Part shown: positions 19,048 through 29,057 of the stretch, in pieces
Position numbering within the stretch: position 1 is the stretch's first letter
Layout: every line of letters begins with the position of its first letter
IMG/VR virus record: IMGVR_UViG_3300042698_000029
Span: 64,001 to 128,000 of that record
Source: a virus
DNA length: 64,000 nt
Direction: 5' to 3' (one strand)
Notes under the pieces: model-generated
What the model saw: the letters and a program-made list of their open reading frames with translations, nothing else
Database searches by the model: none
Told to the model about the DNA's origin: nothing
Translations under genes and position numbers: made by a program

Positions 19048-19512
19048 GTGAACGAGTCCAAGCGCCGCCTCAACGACATCGACAGTCTCCGCCGCGAACT
19101 GGTCGGGGCGGGATGGCGCAAGAGCGGCTTCGCCACCGAAGTCGACCTCTACTACAGGACCGCCGAAGGCAAGCTCGGCCGGGTGCGGACCTGCGGATCT
19201 TTCACTCAGGTAGGCACCGAGGATGGTGACAGCCAGGTCATGAACGTCCCCTTCCAGGTCGAAGCTCTCCGCAAGGCCACCGACGGCTGGTCCACCGAAC
19301 ACCACGCCCGCGTGGAGAAGACCCGGTACTCGTACATCTCGGAGTCCTTCCCTGGAGTCCGCCTCGACATCGACTGCATCCCCGGCACCGGCATGTTCGT
19401 GAAGGTGCGTTCCGAGTTCGACCCCCACGTACTGGACCAGCTGGAGGTCAAGCTCGGCCTGGACCGACTGGAGCCCGTCGAAGCCCCCTACCGGGACCTG
19501 GTCGCGCGGTAG
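19048..19512 (+). CDS. CYTH (class IV adenylate cyclase-like) fold protein, degenerate
   Basis: EVDLYY, RVR, VEKTR.SY, LD.D..PG.G.FV, PYRDL; ExE motifs altered. Confidence 0.7.
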   Translation: MNESKRRLNDIDSLRRELVGAGWRKSGFATEVDLYYRTAEGKLGRVRTCGSFTQVGTEDGDSQVMNVPFQVEALRKATDGWSTEHHARVEKTRYSYISESFPGVRLDIDCIPGTGMFVKVRSEFDPHVLDQLEVKLGLDRLEPVEAPYRDLVAR

Positions 19513-19575
19513 CCGACCCCTCTTGACCGCGAAGCCCCCTCTGTGCCGATGGAGGGGGCTTCGCCATGTTCGGAG

Positions 19576-20346
19576 CTACAGGAGGTCGTCAGTGTCCAGG
19601 ACGTACACCGAGTCCTCTGGGTTACCCGAATCGGAAGTCCCGGGATCCGAGGAGATGCCGATCACGCGGGTCCACCCGCCGTCTCCGTGGAGGACCTTGT
19701 CGTCGTAGCGGTAGTGCATGTGGCCGTGGACGTACACCAGCGGCGTCAGGGCCTGGATGGCGTTGGCCAGGTTACGGGGGTTGGGGATAAGGCCCGGGTC
19801 CGACAGCGGGGGCTTGTCCAGACGAGCGCTCGCGGGACGGTCGTGCGCCACGATGACGGACACCCCGGGAGCGGCGTCGCGGACGGCGGCTTCCATGGCT
19901 TCGGTGGTCATCTCCTCCCCGGGGAACCAGTGAGTCTCCGGCCCGGTGCACTCCTCCCACTGGAGCCGGTACTGCTTGTCCAGGGAGTAGGCACCTCCCA
20001 GGGCGATGAACCGGCGGCCACCCCACGTCCACACCAGGCCGTCGGGGGCCAGGCGCAGGTTCGGACGGACCCGGATGAATCCGTCGGAGTCCAGATCGTG
20101 GCCATGCATGTCGTGAATCAGCTTCACGTTGTCGTGGTTGCCCCTCACCACGGTCATCCGGCGACCGCTGCTGACGAGCATCCTGTTGATTTGGTCGAGG
20201 AACCGTACGCCGCGCCTTTCGTGGGTCCAGAAGCCGAAGTCCCCGACCTGGAGGATTTCCTCGATACCCAGGTCGACGGCCCTTTGGACCACCCATCGCG
20301 AGTGCGTGATGCTGCCGTGCAGGTCCCCAGCGACAAGGATTCGCAT
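19576..20346 (-). CDS. Calcineurin-like metallophosphoesterase
   Basis: GDLHG, QVGDFG, RGNHD, AHDRP, HGHMH. Confidence 0.92.
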   Translation of the reverse strand: MRILVAGDLHGSITHSRWVVQRAVDLGIEEILQVGDFGFWTHERRGVRFLDQINRMLVSSGRRMTVVRGNHDNVKLIHDMHGHDLDSDGFIRVRPNLRLAPDGLVWTWGGRRFIALGGAYSLDKQYRLQWEECTGPETHWFPGEEMTTEAMEAAVRDAAPGVSVIVAHDRPASARLDKPPLSDPGLIPNPRNLANAIQALTPLVYVHGHMHYRYDDKVLHGDGGWTRVIGISSDPGTSDSGNPEDSVYVLDTDDLL

Positions 20347-20482
20347 GCCCGTTCCTTTCCTTCGTAAGGATCACCTTAGCCCGTTGTGAGCTCAGGCCCA
20401 AGGTGGGCGGACAGTGACGCCCACCACACAACGAGGCCCCCGTCACACTGCCTGACGGGGGCCTCGCTTCTACACAGGGTTT

Positions 20483-20695
20483 CTAGACAATTCGGAGAAT
20501 CTCCGTCTTGCCCTCGGAGCCGAGGAGGATCTCCTTGTTCTCCCTCATCGCCTGCTGAAGGTACCGGTAGACGATGAGGGCGCGGTTCACCACGTCGGTC
20601 TGGTTCATCGCGGAGTCGTGGGACTCGTCCTTCATGGCTTTCGCCGCTTTGGGGATCAGGTTGACGGTGACGCGGGTGTTCTGGGAATCAGCCAT
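20483..20695 (-). CDS. Ribbon-helix-helix DNA-binding protein
   Basis: RVTVNL...A...M.......NQTDVVNRAL..Y. Confidence 0.7.
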   Translation of the reverse strand: MADSQNTRVTVNLIPKAAKAMKDESHDSAMNQTDVVNRALIVYRYLQQAMRENKEILLGSEGKTEILRIV

Positions 20696-20727
20696 GCAGC
20701 GAACATACATCAGAAAGCTGTATGTGG

Positions 20728-21141
20728 CTACTCCTTGACGACCACAGAGGAGTCCCCCGCATACACGGGCTCCGCAGGATCGCTCGTGAAGTAGTGGACC
20801 AGGATGACCACACCCGTCAGAGCCGCCGCGATCATCGCCCCCGTCAGCAAGAAGACAGCCAGGAGCAGCAACGCCATCGGATAGAACTTCGAGCTGCGGG
20901 AGCGCCGACCGGTTCGGCCGCCATGCGAACCCGTCTTACGAGTCTCACGGTCCTCCAGAAGCCGGGTCAGCCGGTACTTGCACCGGTCGATCTCGTTGAG
21001 GACGGCTTCGCGAGCCGCGCCGGGGTAGAGCTCGGGCAGGTCGCGCTCCAGCTCGATGATCCGGATGGTCATCCTCTGGATCTCCCGCGTACGCTCCGCC
21101 GGAGTCAGGCCCACCTCGTCGTACCGCTCGTTCTCCACCAC
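20728..21141 (-). CDS. Membrane protein with N-terminal coiled coil
   Basis: Long C-terminal hydrophobic segment. Confidence 0.6.
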   Translation of the reverse strand: MVENERYDEVGLTPAERTREIQRMTIRIIELERDLPELYPGAAREAVLNEIDRCKYRLTRLLEDRETRKTGSHGGRTGRRSRSSKFYPMALLLLAVFLLTGAMIAAALTGVVILVHYFTSDPAEPVYAGDSSVVVKE

Positions 21142-21272
21142 CTCCGTCCTTTCTCTCCCTTTGCAAGAGACAGTGTGACCTAAATCTCAGAGAAAAACCA
21201 AGCGGGCCCGACCCTTTTCTCAGGGCCGGGCTCACGTTGGTGTCGTGCTTATCCCAGTTTCGGGCGGAATCT

Positions 21273-21908
21273 TCACTGGCCCACGACCGAGTTGATCGTG
21301 CTGCCGGTGGTCTCGGTGACCGTGGACATGAACATCCCCGGCAGACCGCCGCCGATGACCACCAGGCCCGCAATGGCCATGGCGAGGAAGAACTTCGTCT
21401 TGAGTTCGAACCACGGGGCGGCGAACAGGCCGAAGATGGCGAACACGCCGAGGTAGACCGGGTTGATGCCCTGAATCATGGTCATCTGGGCGAGCTTCAT
21501 CGTCATGTCCGTCATCATCTGGGCGGGCTTAGCCCAGAAGGAGTTTCCGTCGATCTCGCGGACCTTCAGGAACAGCCCCATCGCAGCCAGCCCCATGAGG
21601 ATTGTGAGGCCGGTCACCCACTTCGGGGCGTCCTTCGCATCCAGGACACCGTCTCCGTTCACGTCGTCCCAGTTCTCCGGGTTGAACGGGCCGATGGGGG
21701 CACGGGCCCGGATCACCTTACGGCCCCTCGCCTTGGCCTTGGCGTTCCTTTCCGGCAGCTTCTGGACCCGCCGGGGGGAGGTACCGAAGCAGTACATCAT
21801 CACAAAGACGATGGTCAGAGCAGCCCCGGCGAAACCACCGGCGGCTGTGGGGGTGATGGTCGGGGCCAGGTTCCCGGCGGCGAGCGTCTCGTACATGGTC
21901 GTGTTCAC
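21273..21908 (-). CDS. Multi-pass membrane protein (spread/transfer region)
   Basis: About 4 hydrophobic segments; GTG start overlaps upstream stop; track ORF extension to 23057 overlaps other genes. Confidence 0.65.
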   Translation of the reverse strand: MNTTMYETLAAGNLAPTITPTAAGGFAGAALTIVFVMMYCFGTSPRRVQKLPERNAKAKARGRKVIRARAPIGPFNPENWDDVNGDGVLDAKDAPKWVTGLTILMGLAAMGLFLKVREIDGNSFWAKPAQMMTDMTMKLAQMTMIQGINPVYLGVFAIFGLFAAPWFELKTKFFLAMAIAGLVVIGGGLPGMFMSTVTETTGSTINSVVGQ

Positions 21909-22738
21909 AGGGTGCCTCCCGGGGCGCCGAGTTCGATGAGGAAGGTGAGGAAGCCGGAGAGGTATCCGACCAGTGGAACCCGCAGCGCCCACAGGAGCCA
22001 CCGGGTGGAGATGAGTGACCGCCAGTACTCGGCAGTCGCGACCGAGAGGCCGAGGACGATCAGGGCTCCTATCCAGTGACCGACGGATCCGGCCTCCATG
22101 GCCGCCTGAAGGTACTCGCGCATCTGGTACGGGACACCGGTGAAAAAGTCCCAGGTGTGCGGAGTGCCGCCGCCGGTGAGGTAGGTGGCTCGGGGCATGC
22201 CCGGCATCTTCGCCGCGATGTCCGTGGCCACTATGAAGCGGTCGTACGCGGCCACGAGGAAACCCCCGGAGAAGAACCACGCGGTCCCCGTCATGACGAG
22301 GTACTTGAAGGTGTTCTGCTTCGTGAAGCCCTTCGCCCGCTTGAACTGGTGAGAAGCCTGGCGCCGGGCGTCCCTCCGCTCGTCTCGCTCCTCGATCGAA
22401 CCGATGGCCTTCTCGGCCAGTCGCTCCATGAGGCGCTTGTAGCGGAGTTCGACGTCGGACTTGCCCTCGTCCTCTTTCGTGCGCTCCACCGGCTTGGGGG
22501 CCCGCTCGGCTTCCGCGACCTCTGCCGCATCGGCCTGCTTCTTCCACTCCTCGGTCTTCTCCCGAAGCTTCTCCGTGGTGGAGGTCCGGATCTTTCGGAC
22601 ACGGTCGAAGAGCTTCGTCTTCTCCGTCTCGGGGTCGTAGTCGGGTTTCGGGGGAATTGCGAGCGGTGCATTTGAGGGCACCGGGGGAATCGCCCTGATC
22701 TCGGTTTCCGCTTCGAGAGTGGCGGGAGCCTGGTTCAT
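21905..22738 (-). CDS. Membrane protein with charged N-terminal coiled coil (Spd-like)
   Basis: GAGGAAAG RBS; about 3 TM segments in the C-terminal half. Confidence 0.65.
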   Translation of the reverse strand: MNQAPATLEAETEIRAIPPVPSNAPLAIPPKPDYDPETEKTKLFDRVRKIRTSTTEKLREKTEEWKKQADAAEVAEAERAPKPVERTKEDEGKSDVELRYKRLMERLAEKAIGSIEERDERRDARRQASHQFKRAKGFTKQNTFKYLVMTGTAWFFSGGFLVAAYDRFIVATDIAAKMPGMPRATYLTGGGTPHTWDFFTGVPYQMREYLQAAMEAGSVGHWIGALIVLGLSVATAEYWRSLISTRWLLWALRVPLVGYLSGFLTFLIELGAPGGTL

Positions 22739-22983
22739 GGCTTTCCTCCTTTTCCTCCGAGTTGTAACTGGCTTCAGTGGACGGCTTGTTGCGCTCTGTC
22801 CTGACACCAACAATGCCGCAAAAAAGCCCTCCCGTCTGCGACGGAAGGGTGTGAGGTACGTCTCTTTTCGGGGTAGTCTTCAGACGGGTGAACACAGGGC
22901 TTCCAGCGACGTCTCTGTGCTTTCCTTTCCTTCCGGCGGCCCTCCTCGGTACGTGATCTCCCGAGGAGGGCCGCTCTCCGTTT

Positions 22984-23121
22984 TCAGCGTCCCTGACGAC
23001 GACGGTTGACCTCGCGGATGGCCGCCTGCGACAGCATCGGCCTGCCGCCGTCTCCACGCCGGACCAGGTCCTTGTACAGCTGCCAGTCCTGCTTGGTCCA
23101 GCCGTCGGTGTCCTCCTTCAT
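22984..23121 (-). CDS. 45-aa hypothetical microprotein
   Basis: MKEDTDGWTKQDWQLYKDLVRRG...; GAGGGG RBS; hand-translated. Confidence 0.55.
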   Translation of the reverse strand: MKEDTDGWTKQDWQLYKDLVRRGDGGRPMLSQAAIREVNRRRQGR

Positions 23122-23192
23122 TCCCCTCACCTCCCTCCACGTAGAAGCGCCGCGCCCCGGGGGAGGAGCGCGGCGCCGGAACAGTGCTGAGG

Positions 23193-24404
23193 TCAGTCGG
23201 TGGTCTTGACGAGGACCGACAGCTCGGGGAGCTCGGCCAGGAAGTACTCGACCGGGAAGTCCTTCTTCACCTTGGACATGTCCGAGGAGGGGATGAACCC
23301 CCGTCGCGCCCAGTTGCCCTCACCGTCGAGGATCAGCAGCGCCCAGTCCGGGATGCTCTTGTTCAGGTCGGAGGTGGCGAACAGACGGCGGAAGTCCGCG
23401 TCGGACATGTTGCGGTTCCGCAGCTTGGTCACCCAGTACAGCCGGGCCAGCTCGCGCTTGGCGCGCTGGGTCCGCGTCAGGGCCTTGACCATGGGGGCCT
23501 CCTCCTCAACCGGCAGCTTCACCGTGAGGACACCCTTACCCGCTGTCCCCTCTTCGGGGAGGACGGCCCGACGCTCCTGGCTCGGGTGCATGACAGCCTG
23601 ACGGGTGTTGCCCACCGGACGGAGCGGAAGAACAACGTCCTCTTCCACGTCCGCCTCGATCACCTCTTCCTCACGAACCGGCGCTTCCAGAGCGGGAGCG
23701 GTGTTTCCGAGAGATCCGACGAGGCCCTCGACCTGGCGGGTCATGAGGTCGGCCACCTTCTTGGACGGCGTGTGGCTCAGCACGATCTTCAGGGTCTCGT
23801 CCTGCGCCGCCTCCTCCTTGGGCGTGCGGGCCAGCTGATTGGTGCGCAGCAGGTCGGCCGCCTCGGTCTTGTGCAGCTCGAAGAACTCGACCCGGGCCGC
23901 GTCGTCCAGGCAGGACTTGATGACCTTGAACACCGCCGAGACCGAGGCCGCCGTGGCGACCGGAGCGAGAGCCGCGATGAACGACGCCGCCGACTTCATG
24001 TCAGGGGTGACCAGGACGTTGACCGCGACGGCGGCGACGGTGGCCAGGCCGATCGCCCAGAGGTAGGAGGCCGGGACCTTGTTGCCCCGGAACATCGAGA
24101 GCATCGCCAGGTACGAGAAGACGGCGACGACGCCTTCGGCACCCGCCCAGGCACCGACGGCAGCGATCGGGTCGGAGTGCTGGGACAGGTTGTGCAGGGC
24201 GGCGACGGAACCGGCGCTCGTGAAGCCGAGCGGCAGCATCGCGGTGATCCACCAGCTGGCCGTGCGGAACTCCTTCAGGTTCTCGCGGACGAAGCGGCGG
24301 TTGTGCAGCAGCTCGCGCTCGGTTCCCGGCTCCGGGTAGGGGACGGACACCTTCCGACGCGTCGCTTCCTTCTTGGTGGACGTGGCTTCCTTGGTCTTGA
24401 ACAC
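23193..24404 (-). CDS. DUF2637/SpdB-like membrane protein (plasmid spreading)
   Basis: Four TM helices (S..AL..L, AW...EG, AV.VNV, AALAPV) followed by soluble C-terminus; GAAGGAGA RBS. Confidence 0.6.
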   Translation of the reverse strand: MFKTKEATSTKKEATRRKVSVPYPEPGTERELLHNRRFVRENLKEFRTASWWITAMLPLGFTSAGSVAALHNLSQHSDPIAAVGAWAGAEGVVAVFSYLAMLSMFRGNKVPASYLWAIGLATVAAVAVNVLVTPDMKSAASFIAALAPVATAASVSAVFKVIKSCLDDAARVEFFELHKTEAADLLRTNQLARTPKEEAAQDETLKIVLSHTPSKKVADLMTRQVEGLVGSLGNTAPALEAPVREEEVIEADVEEDVVLPLRPVGNTRQAVMHPSQERRAVLPEEGTAGKGVLTVKLPVEEEAPMVKALTRTQRAKRELARLYWVTKLRNRNMSDADFRRLFATSDLNKSIPDWALLILDGEGNWARRGFIPSSDMSKVKKDFPVEYFLAELPELSVLVKTTD

Positions 24405-24447
24405 GATCTTCTCCTTCTGTTCCGGTGGATGCGGAATCCCGCAGTCC

Positions 24448-25012
24448 GGAAGCGGAGCCTGTTCCCCTCTCTCCCCGATCCGCCCTCTTGGTTCTAAGGG
24501 TCTAGTCCGGCGGGAGTGCGACGTGGAACCGGCTGTGCCTTCCGTTTCCTTCTATTGCCATCGTTCACCGCCAGGTGTGGAAGCGCAACGGGGATCGCTT
24601 CCACGGTTTTGGAAGCGTTGGATCCAGAAGGGGTCGAAACCGTGTCTGACCTGCGGAAATGCATGCGAATCGGGGCGAAGTGAAGTGCGTCACATCGGGC
24701 CTTTTCCGGCTCCATCGCGGCTCCTCACGTTCGCGGGTAAGGGGAGAAACGCTCCTCCGAGGATACGGACCGGCCCTCTCCGGTTGCCGTTTGTAAGAGG
24801 ACTGCATGATTCCGCTTCTGCTTCCAAAGCGCTTCCAAGTCAGATGGTCAGACTGGAAGCAGGCGTGTCAGAGCAGAAACGGAAGTGTGCAGTCCTCTTA
24901 TCGCACTTGGAAGCAGGCGTTCGGGAGGCCCGGCGTTGTTAACCGGACTGGTCTGTTCCGCAAGGAATGGGGAGGGTGTTGCCGAGACCCCTCCGGAAGC
25001 ACAACCGGAAGC
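24448..25012. repeat. Dispersed array of GGAAGC/GCTTCC hexamers (10 perfect copies) in a non-coding region
   Basis: Copies at 24448, 24579, 24597, 24611, 24820, 24831, 24855, 24909, 24995, 25007 plus near-matches. Confidence 0.7.
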
Positions 25013-25078
25013 GGATGGAACCCCTCCGTGGACGTGCCGCAGGCGGCCCCGCCCTCGCGACGGCCCTAGGGTCTGCTC

Positions 25079-25351
25079 ATGAACCCAACCGAGGAGACTC
25101 CCGCCGCCGTACCCGCCTCCCCGCCCCTCCGAGAGCAGTGGGTGTGGTTGGGCTCATGGGGAGCCGGTCGCCGGTACGTCACCGGCACCGTGGAGAAGGG
25201 CCAGCCCGTAGTCCGGGACGGCGGTCATGTGTACGTGTGCCTGCGCGAGCATTTCTCCACCGAATATGACCGGCCCTCTACGGGAGGCTCCTTCTGGGGA
25301 CACGTCGCCTCTTTCTGCTGCCCTTCCTCCGAGGTGGAACTCCGGGGTTAA
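25079..25351 (+). CDS. Small CBM5/12-like carbohydrate-binding protein
   Basis: WGAGRRY..G.....V...G.VYVCL.EH.S.....P......W. Confidence 0.55.
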   Translation: MNPTEETPAAVPASPPLREQWVWLGSWGAGRRYVTGTVEKGQPVVRDGGHVYVCLREHFSTEYDRPSTGGSFWGHVASFCCPSSEVELRG

Positions 25352-25577
25352 TCCCCTCAAGAGGGGTCCGGAAGGGGGATATTCCTCTCGTTCGGGCTGG
25401 TGTCCTCTGCCAGGTGGATCTACGGGCTTTATCCTTTTGCCGGACGGCGCTCCTCACACTGGTGGCCCAAAAGGGAGGGGCGTCGTCGGGGATACAGGGC
25501 CCGCATGGGTGGCCCTGTACGAGAAAACGGGCTGGTTGCCTTCACGGTGACCAGCCCGTTTTCGTTGAACGCTCAAA

Positions 25578-25804
25578 GTCTCATCGTCACTCTTCGTATC
25601 GTCTCAGCGAAGTTTCATGATCCATAGAGTGAGACTTTTGATGTCACACTAAGTCACTGGAAATCATGACAAAAAGGTCAGGGTCTCACGAGACGTTGAG
25701 ACGAGTCTCACGGACGTCTCACCGTCTCACCCGGTCCCACCTGCACGTTTTCCCGTGCGACGTGGCCCACTCCCCAAGGGCGCCTCCCCGTGAGACTCCG
25801 AGAC
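25578..25804. repeat. TGAGAC/GTCTCA array (9 perfect + about 3 near copies) upstream of traB-like gene; clt-like
   Basis: Copies at 25578, 25601, 25630, 25683, 25697, 25705, 25716, 25724, 25791. Confidence 0.7.
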
Positions 25805-25873
25805 TTTGGTGACTGTCCGTGCGTCAGGCGAGGGGTGCCGGAGAAGTGATCTAGATCACATAAGAGGCCCGTA

Positions 25874-25887
25874 GAACTATCTGGACA
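25874..25887 (+). promoter_or_regulatory. Operator-like site GAACTATCTGGACA upstream of traB-like gene
   Basis: Identical to 14775-14788. Confidence 0.55.
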
Positions 25888-25930
25888 CGGTCCGTACGGT
25901 GAGAGGTCGATCCCCGAAAAGGAGTCCGCC

Positions 25931-27991
25931 ATGCTGCACGCATCCGTACCCGCCGCCCAGTTGAATTCCGCTACCGAATACCTGGCCGCCACCGGCGGCG
26001 CGGGAGACGCCCTCCAGTGGGTCATCATCTGGGGCGCCATCCTCTGCGGAGTCCTCTACTTCGTCCGTTACCGCGACGGAGATCACGAGATCTCCGAGGA
26101 CTTCGGCAAAGTGTTTCGCCGCACGGGGATGAAGAGGGGCTCCACGCCCGAGAAGGCGGAGGAGGCCCCGGAGCCTGTCGAGGAGGCCGGGCCCCTCTCG
26201 GCGGCCGACGTCGAGGCTCTCGTGGAGCGCAAGCTCGCCGAGCGGATGCCGTCGATGTCCGGTTCTGTCACGATTCCCGGCATCCCCCGTCAGCGCGCGG
26301 GGGACCAGGTTCCTCCCCCCTCCATGCCGGTGAGCTTCGAGAAGGCCCCTGAGGCCGTCCAGGAGCCGCTGCCCGTCGTAGAGGCTGCTCCCCTCCCCGC
26401 CGCCCCTGCGAAGCCCGTAGAGGCCGTCCAGGAGCCCGTCAGCGCCCCGGCGGCCGAAGCCTCTGCGCGTCCTCGTGAGCGCCTGGTCGTGCCCGAAGTG
26501 AAGAAGGCCCCCCCGGCCACAGCTGCCACATCCGCCCCTCGCATCACGCGGGAGGACGAGCCCCTGGAGGCCACCCCGGAGGAGAAGGAGCTGCTCGACA
26601 AGCTCGCGCCCCAGGTGTGGGAGAAGATCTCCCCCACGCGCAAGCTCGGCGGGACCGTGGTGGAGAGCGCCGTCCTGACCCGGGCCGGGATCCAGGCCGT
26701 GATCAAGCTGAACGGCGACTGGACCCTGCCTAAGTTCCAGGGCCGCGAGGAGTCCGTGCGCATGCTGCTGGAGGTCCGCAAGGACGTCATGACCCGCATC
26801 ACCGAGTCCGACAAGTCCGGCTGGGTGGTCCTCAGCCTGCGCACCCGCAGCGCCTGCCCGACCTTCATCCCCTGGTACCCCGGAGCCCCGCTGGGGTTCT
26901 GCACCGTGACCGGCAAGGAGATCCGGGTCGACTTCCGCAGGCACCTGGCCATTGCCGGAGCCTCCAACATGGGCAAGTCCGTGACAGCCCGGAACATCTT
27001 CGCCGAGGTGTGCTTCGACTCCGTGGCCGCCCTGATCTACTGCGACCCCAAGATGGTGGAAGGCGCGCTCTGGCGGGGCCGGGCCCGGGTGGCTCTGGAC
27101 CCCGATGAGATCCACGACGTGGCCCTTGAGCTGGACGAAGAGAACACCCGGCGCAAGAACGTCATGCAGCAGCAGGGCTGGGACAAGTGGATCCCCTCCG
27201 AGGAGGCTCCCACCCTGATCGTCCCCGTGGACGAAGGCGCCTCCCTGGTGGCCGACGCCAAGGACTCCTCCCTGGAGAAGGAGGAGAAGATCATCCGCAA
27301 GAAGACCCTCTCCATCTTCGTCAAGGGGGCCCGGGAGTGGCGCTCCCAGGGCATCCACATCATCTGGATGACCCAGTACCCGACCGTGGAAGAGGGGATG
27401 CCGCAGCAGATCGGCGCCAACATCCCGGACCGGATCTCCATGGCGCTCGGCATGGAACGGCACGCCGAGGTCGTCTTCGACAAGGAGAACGTCGCCAACG
27501 GCTGGAAGGCCCACAAGCTCCCCCGCGACCCCAAGGGACTCGCCCTGGTGAAGGTGGGCGAAGAGTGCGAGCCCAACCCCGTGCAGGTCGTCTACCTGGA
27601 CAAGGACCGGATCGCCGAGCTTCCGCTGTCGGGCATCTGGTACCCGTCGGGAGTCCGGTACGCCAAGGAGGTCACCGACGAGCCGGAGCCCGTGGACGAG
27701 GCCAGCATCGAGCAGGGCGAGCCGGAGGACGCCGAGCCCAAGGTTGCGGTGAACGACCAGGCCACGACCCTGATCACCCGGGACGGCGAGACGGTCCTGG
27801 TCGAGGAGCCATTCACCTCCGAGGAGAAGGTCCTGATGGCCCTGGAGATGTCCGAGACCGGTCTCATGGCCTTCGCGGACCTGATGAACGAGACGGCCAT
27901 CCCCAAGCCCACCCTCTACCGGCTGCTCAACGCCATGCTGGAGAAGGGGAAGATCGCTAAGGGCGGTCACGGCGAGTGGAAGCTCCCCTGA
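25931..27991 (+). CDS. traB: FtsK/SpoIIIE-family conjugal DNA translocase (Streptomyces TraB-like)
   Basis: N-terminal TM, IAGASNMGKS, DPKMVE, VDEGASL, R.QGIHIIWMTQYP, C-terminal wHTH. Confidence 0.85.
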   Translation: MLHASVPAAQLNSATEYLAATGGAGDALQWVIIWGAILCGVLYFVRYRDGDHEISEDFGKVFRRTGMKRGSTPEKAEEAPEPVEEAGPLSAADVEALVERKLAERMPSMSGSVTIPGIPRQRAGDQVPPPSMPVSFEKAPEAVQEPLPVVEAAPLPAAPAKPVEAVQEPVSAPAAEASARPRERLVVPEVKKAPPATAATSAPRITREDEPLEATPEEKELLDKLAPQVWEKISPTRKLGGTVVESAVLTRAGIQAVIKLNGDWTLPKFQGREESVRMLLEVRKDVMTRITESDKSGWVVLSLRTRSACPTFIPWYPGAPLGFCTVTGKEIRVDFRRHLAIAGASNMGKSVTARNIFAEVCFDSVAALIYCDPKMVEGALWRGRARVALDPDEIHDVALELDEENTRRKNVMQQQGWDKWIPSEEAPTLIVPVDEGASLVADAKDSSLEKEEKIIRKKTLSIFVKGAREWRSQGIHIIWMTQYPTVEEGMPQQIGANIPDRISMALGMERHAEVVFDKENVANGWKAHKLPRDPKGLALVKVGEECEPNPVQVVYLDKDRIAELPLSGIWYPSGVRYAKEVTDEPEPVDEASIEQGEPEDAEPKVAVNDQATTLITRDGETVLVEEPFTSEEKVLMALEMSETGLMAFADLMNETAIPKPTLYRLLNAMLEKGKIAKGGHGEWKLP

Positions 27992-28102
27992 TCCTGAGGG
28001 ACCGCTTGGCAGAGCCCCGGAGTCGGTGGTTGACTCCGGGGCCTTAGTCCGTTTGGGGACGACACAGTCGCACTGAGCTGCGACGGAAGGAAGCGATCCG
28101 TC

Positions 28103-28390
28103 ATGAGTACCACCTACGACACCGAGTGGATGTCTCAGATGGCTTGCACGGGCCACGACCCGGACGAGCTCTTCATGGACGGGGCCGCCCAGAGCCGGGG
28201 CAAGAGGATCTGCGCTCCGTGCCCTGTGAAAGCGGAATGCCTGGCGTACGCCAAGGAGCGCGGCATCGACCACGGTGTGTGGGGCGGCTTCACCGACCGG
28301 GAGCGGCGTGAGCTGGACCGGAAGTTCCCTTCGGTCACCGACTGGAAGCGGTTCATCCTGGACGCCAGGTCCCGGCAGGGCGCGGTCTAG
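28103..28390 (+). CDS. WhiB-family Fe-S transcription factor
   Basis: Four Cys (C...CAPCPVKAEC) and HGVWGG. Confidence 0.93.
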   Translation: MSTTYDTEWMSQMACTGHDPDELFMDGAAQSRGKRICAPCPVKAECLAYAKERGIDHGVWGGFTDRERRELDRKFPSVTDWKRFILDARSRQGAV

Positions 28391-28510
28391 ACCTCCAGAA
28401 GCACCGCTTCAGTGCACACAGGAAGGCCCCCTCCGTTATCAGGTCGGAGGGGGCTTCCCCATGATCAGGTATCAGGGTGAACCGGAGAAATGCAGTCCGC
28501 TTGCCTTCCC

Positions 28511-28906
28511 TCACCTCTGGTACAGGACCTCTCCGAGAGAGTAGGTCTGAACCAGAGCGTCGATGTCTCGTTCCGAGAAAGACGTGACCTTCTCGTCATA
28601 GAGGTCCTGGATGAGAGACCAAGCGCTTCCGTGGTCCAACGGCAGCCGCGCTTCCACAGCCGCCTTCAGTCCATGGGCGAGCGACAGCGTCGTAGCCAGG
28701 TAAGCCTTAGGTTCTGGATCATCGTGCCGGGTCAGCCACAGCACCTGCGAGTGCGGGTCTTCCACCGAACCGACGCGGCTGCGGCGCACGGTCGCCCAGT
28801 GGGAGCAGGCGCCGTTCTCCACGAGATCCAGCATCTGCTTCCAGTACCGATCGGCGATGCGCGCGGGTTGGAGGGTCAAATCGAAAGAAGGGTCGTGTTC
28901 GTGCAC
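28511..28906 (-). CDS. Hypothetical protein
   Basis: Open frame ending DALVQTYSLGEVLY, plausible phage protein. Confidence 0.55.
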   Translation of the reverse strand: MHEHDPSFDLTLQPARIADRYWKQMLDLVENGACSHWATVRRSRVGSVEDPHSQVLWLTRHDDPEPKAYLATTLSLAHGLKAAVEARLPLDHGSAWSLIQDLYDEKVTSFSERDIDALVQTYSLGEVLYQR

Positions 28907-29057
28907 TCTTCAGACATCCCTCCACAATATGCGACCATGCCTGGGTGATCTCGGGGGAGAGCACACGTTCCGGCAGTTTCGGAACAGAGTTGAAGATCAG
29001 CCCAACAGAGAAGCCCCAGGACATCGAGAGTGTCCTGGGGCTTCTTCTCGTGCGCGA

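Noticed and set aside
25877-28273. 798-aa minus-strand ORF
   Set aside because: Shadow of the traB-like and WhiB genes.
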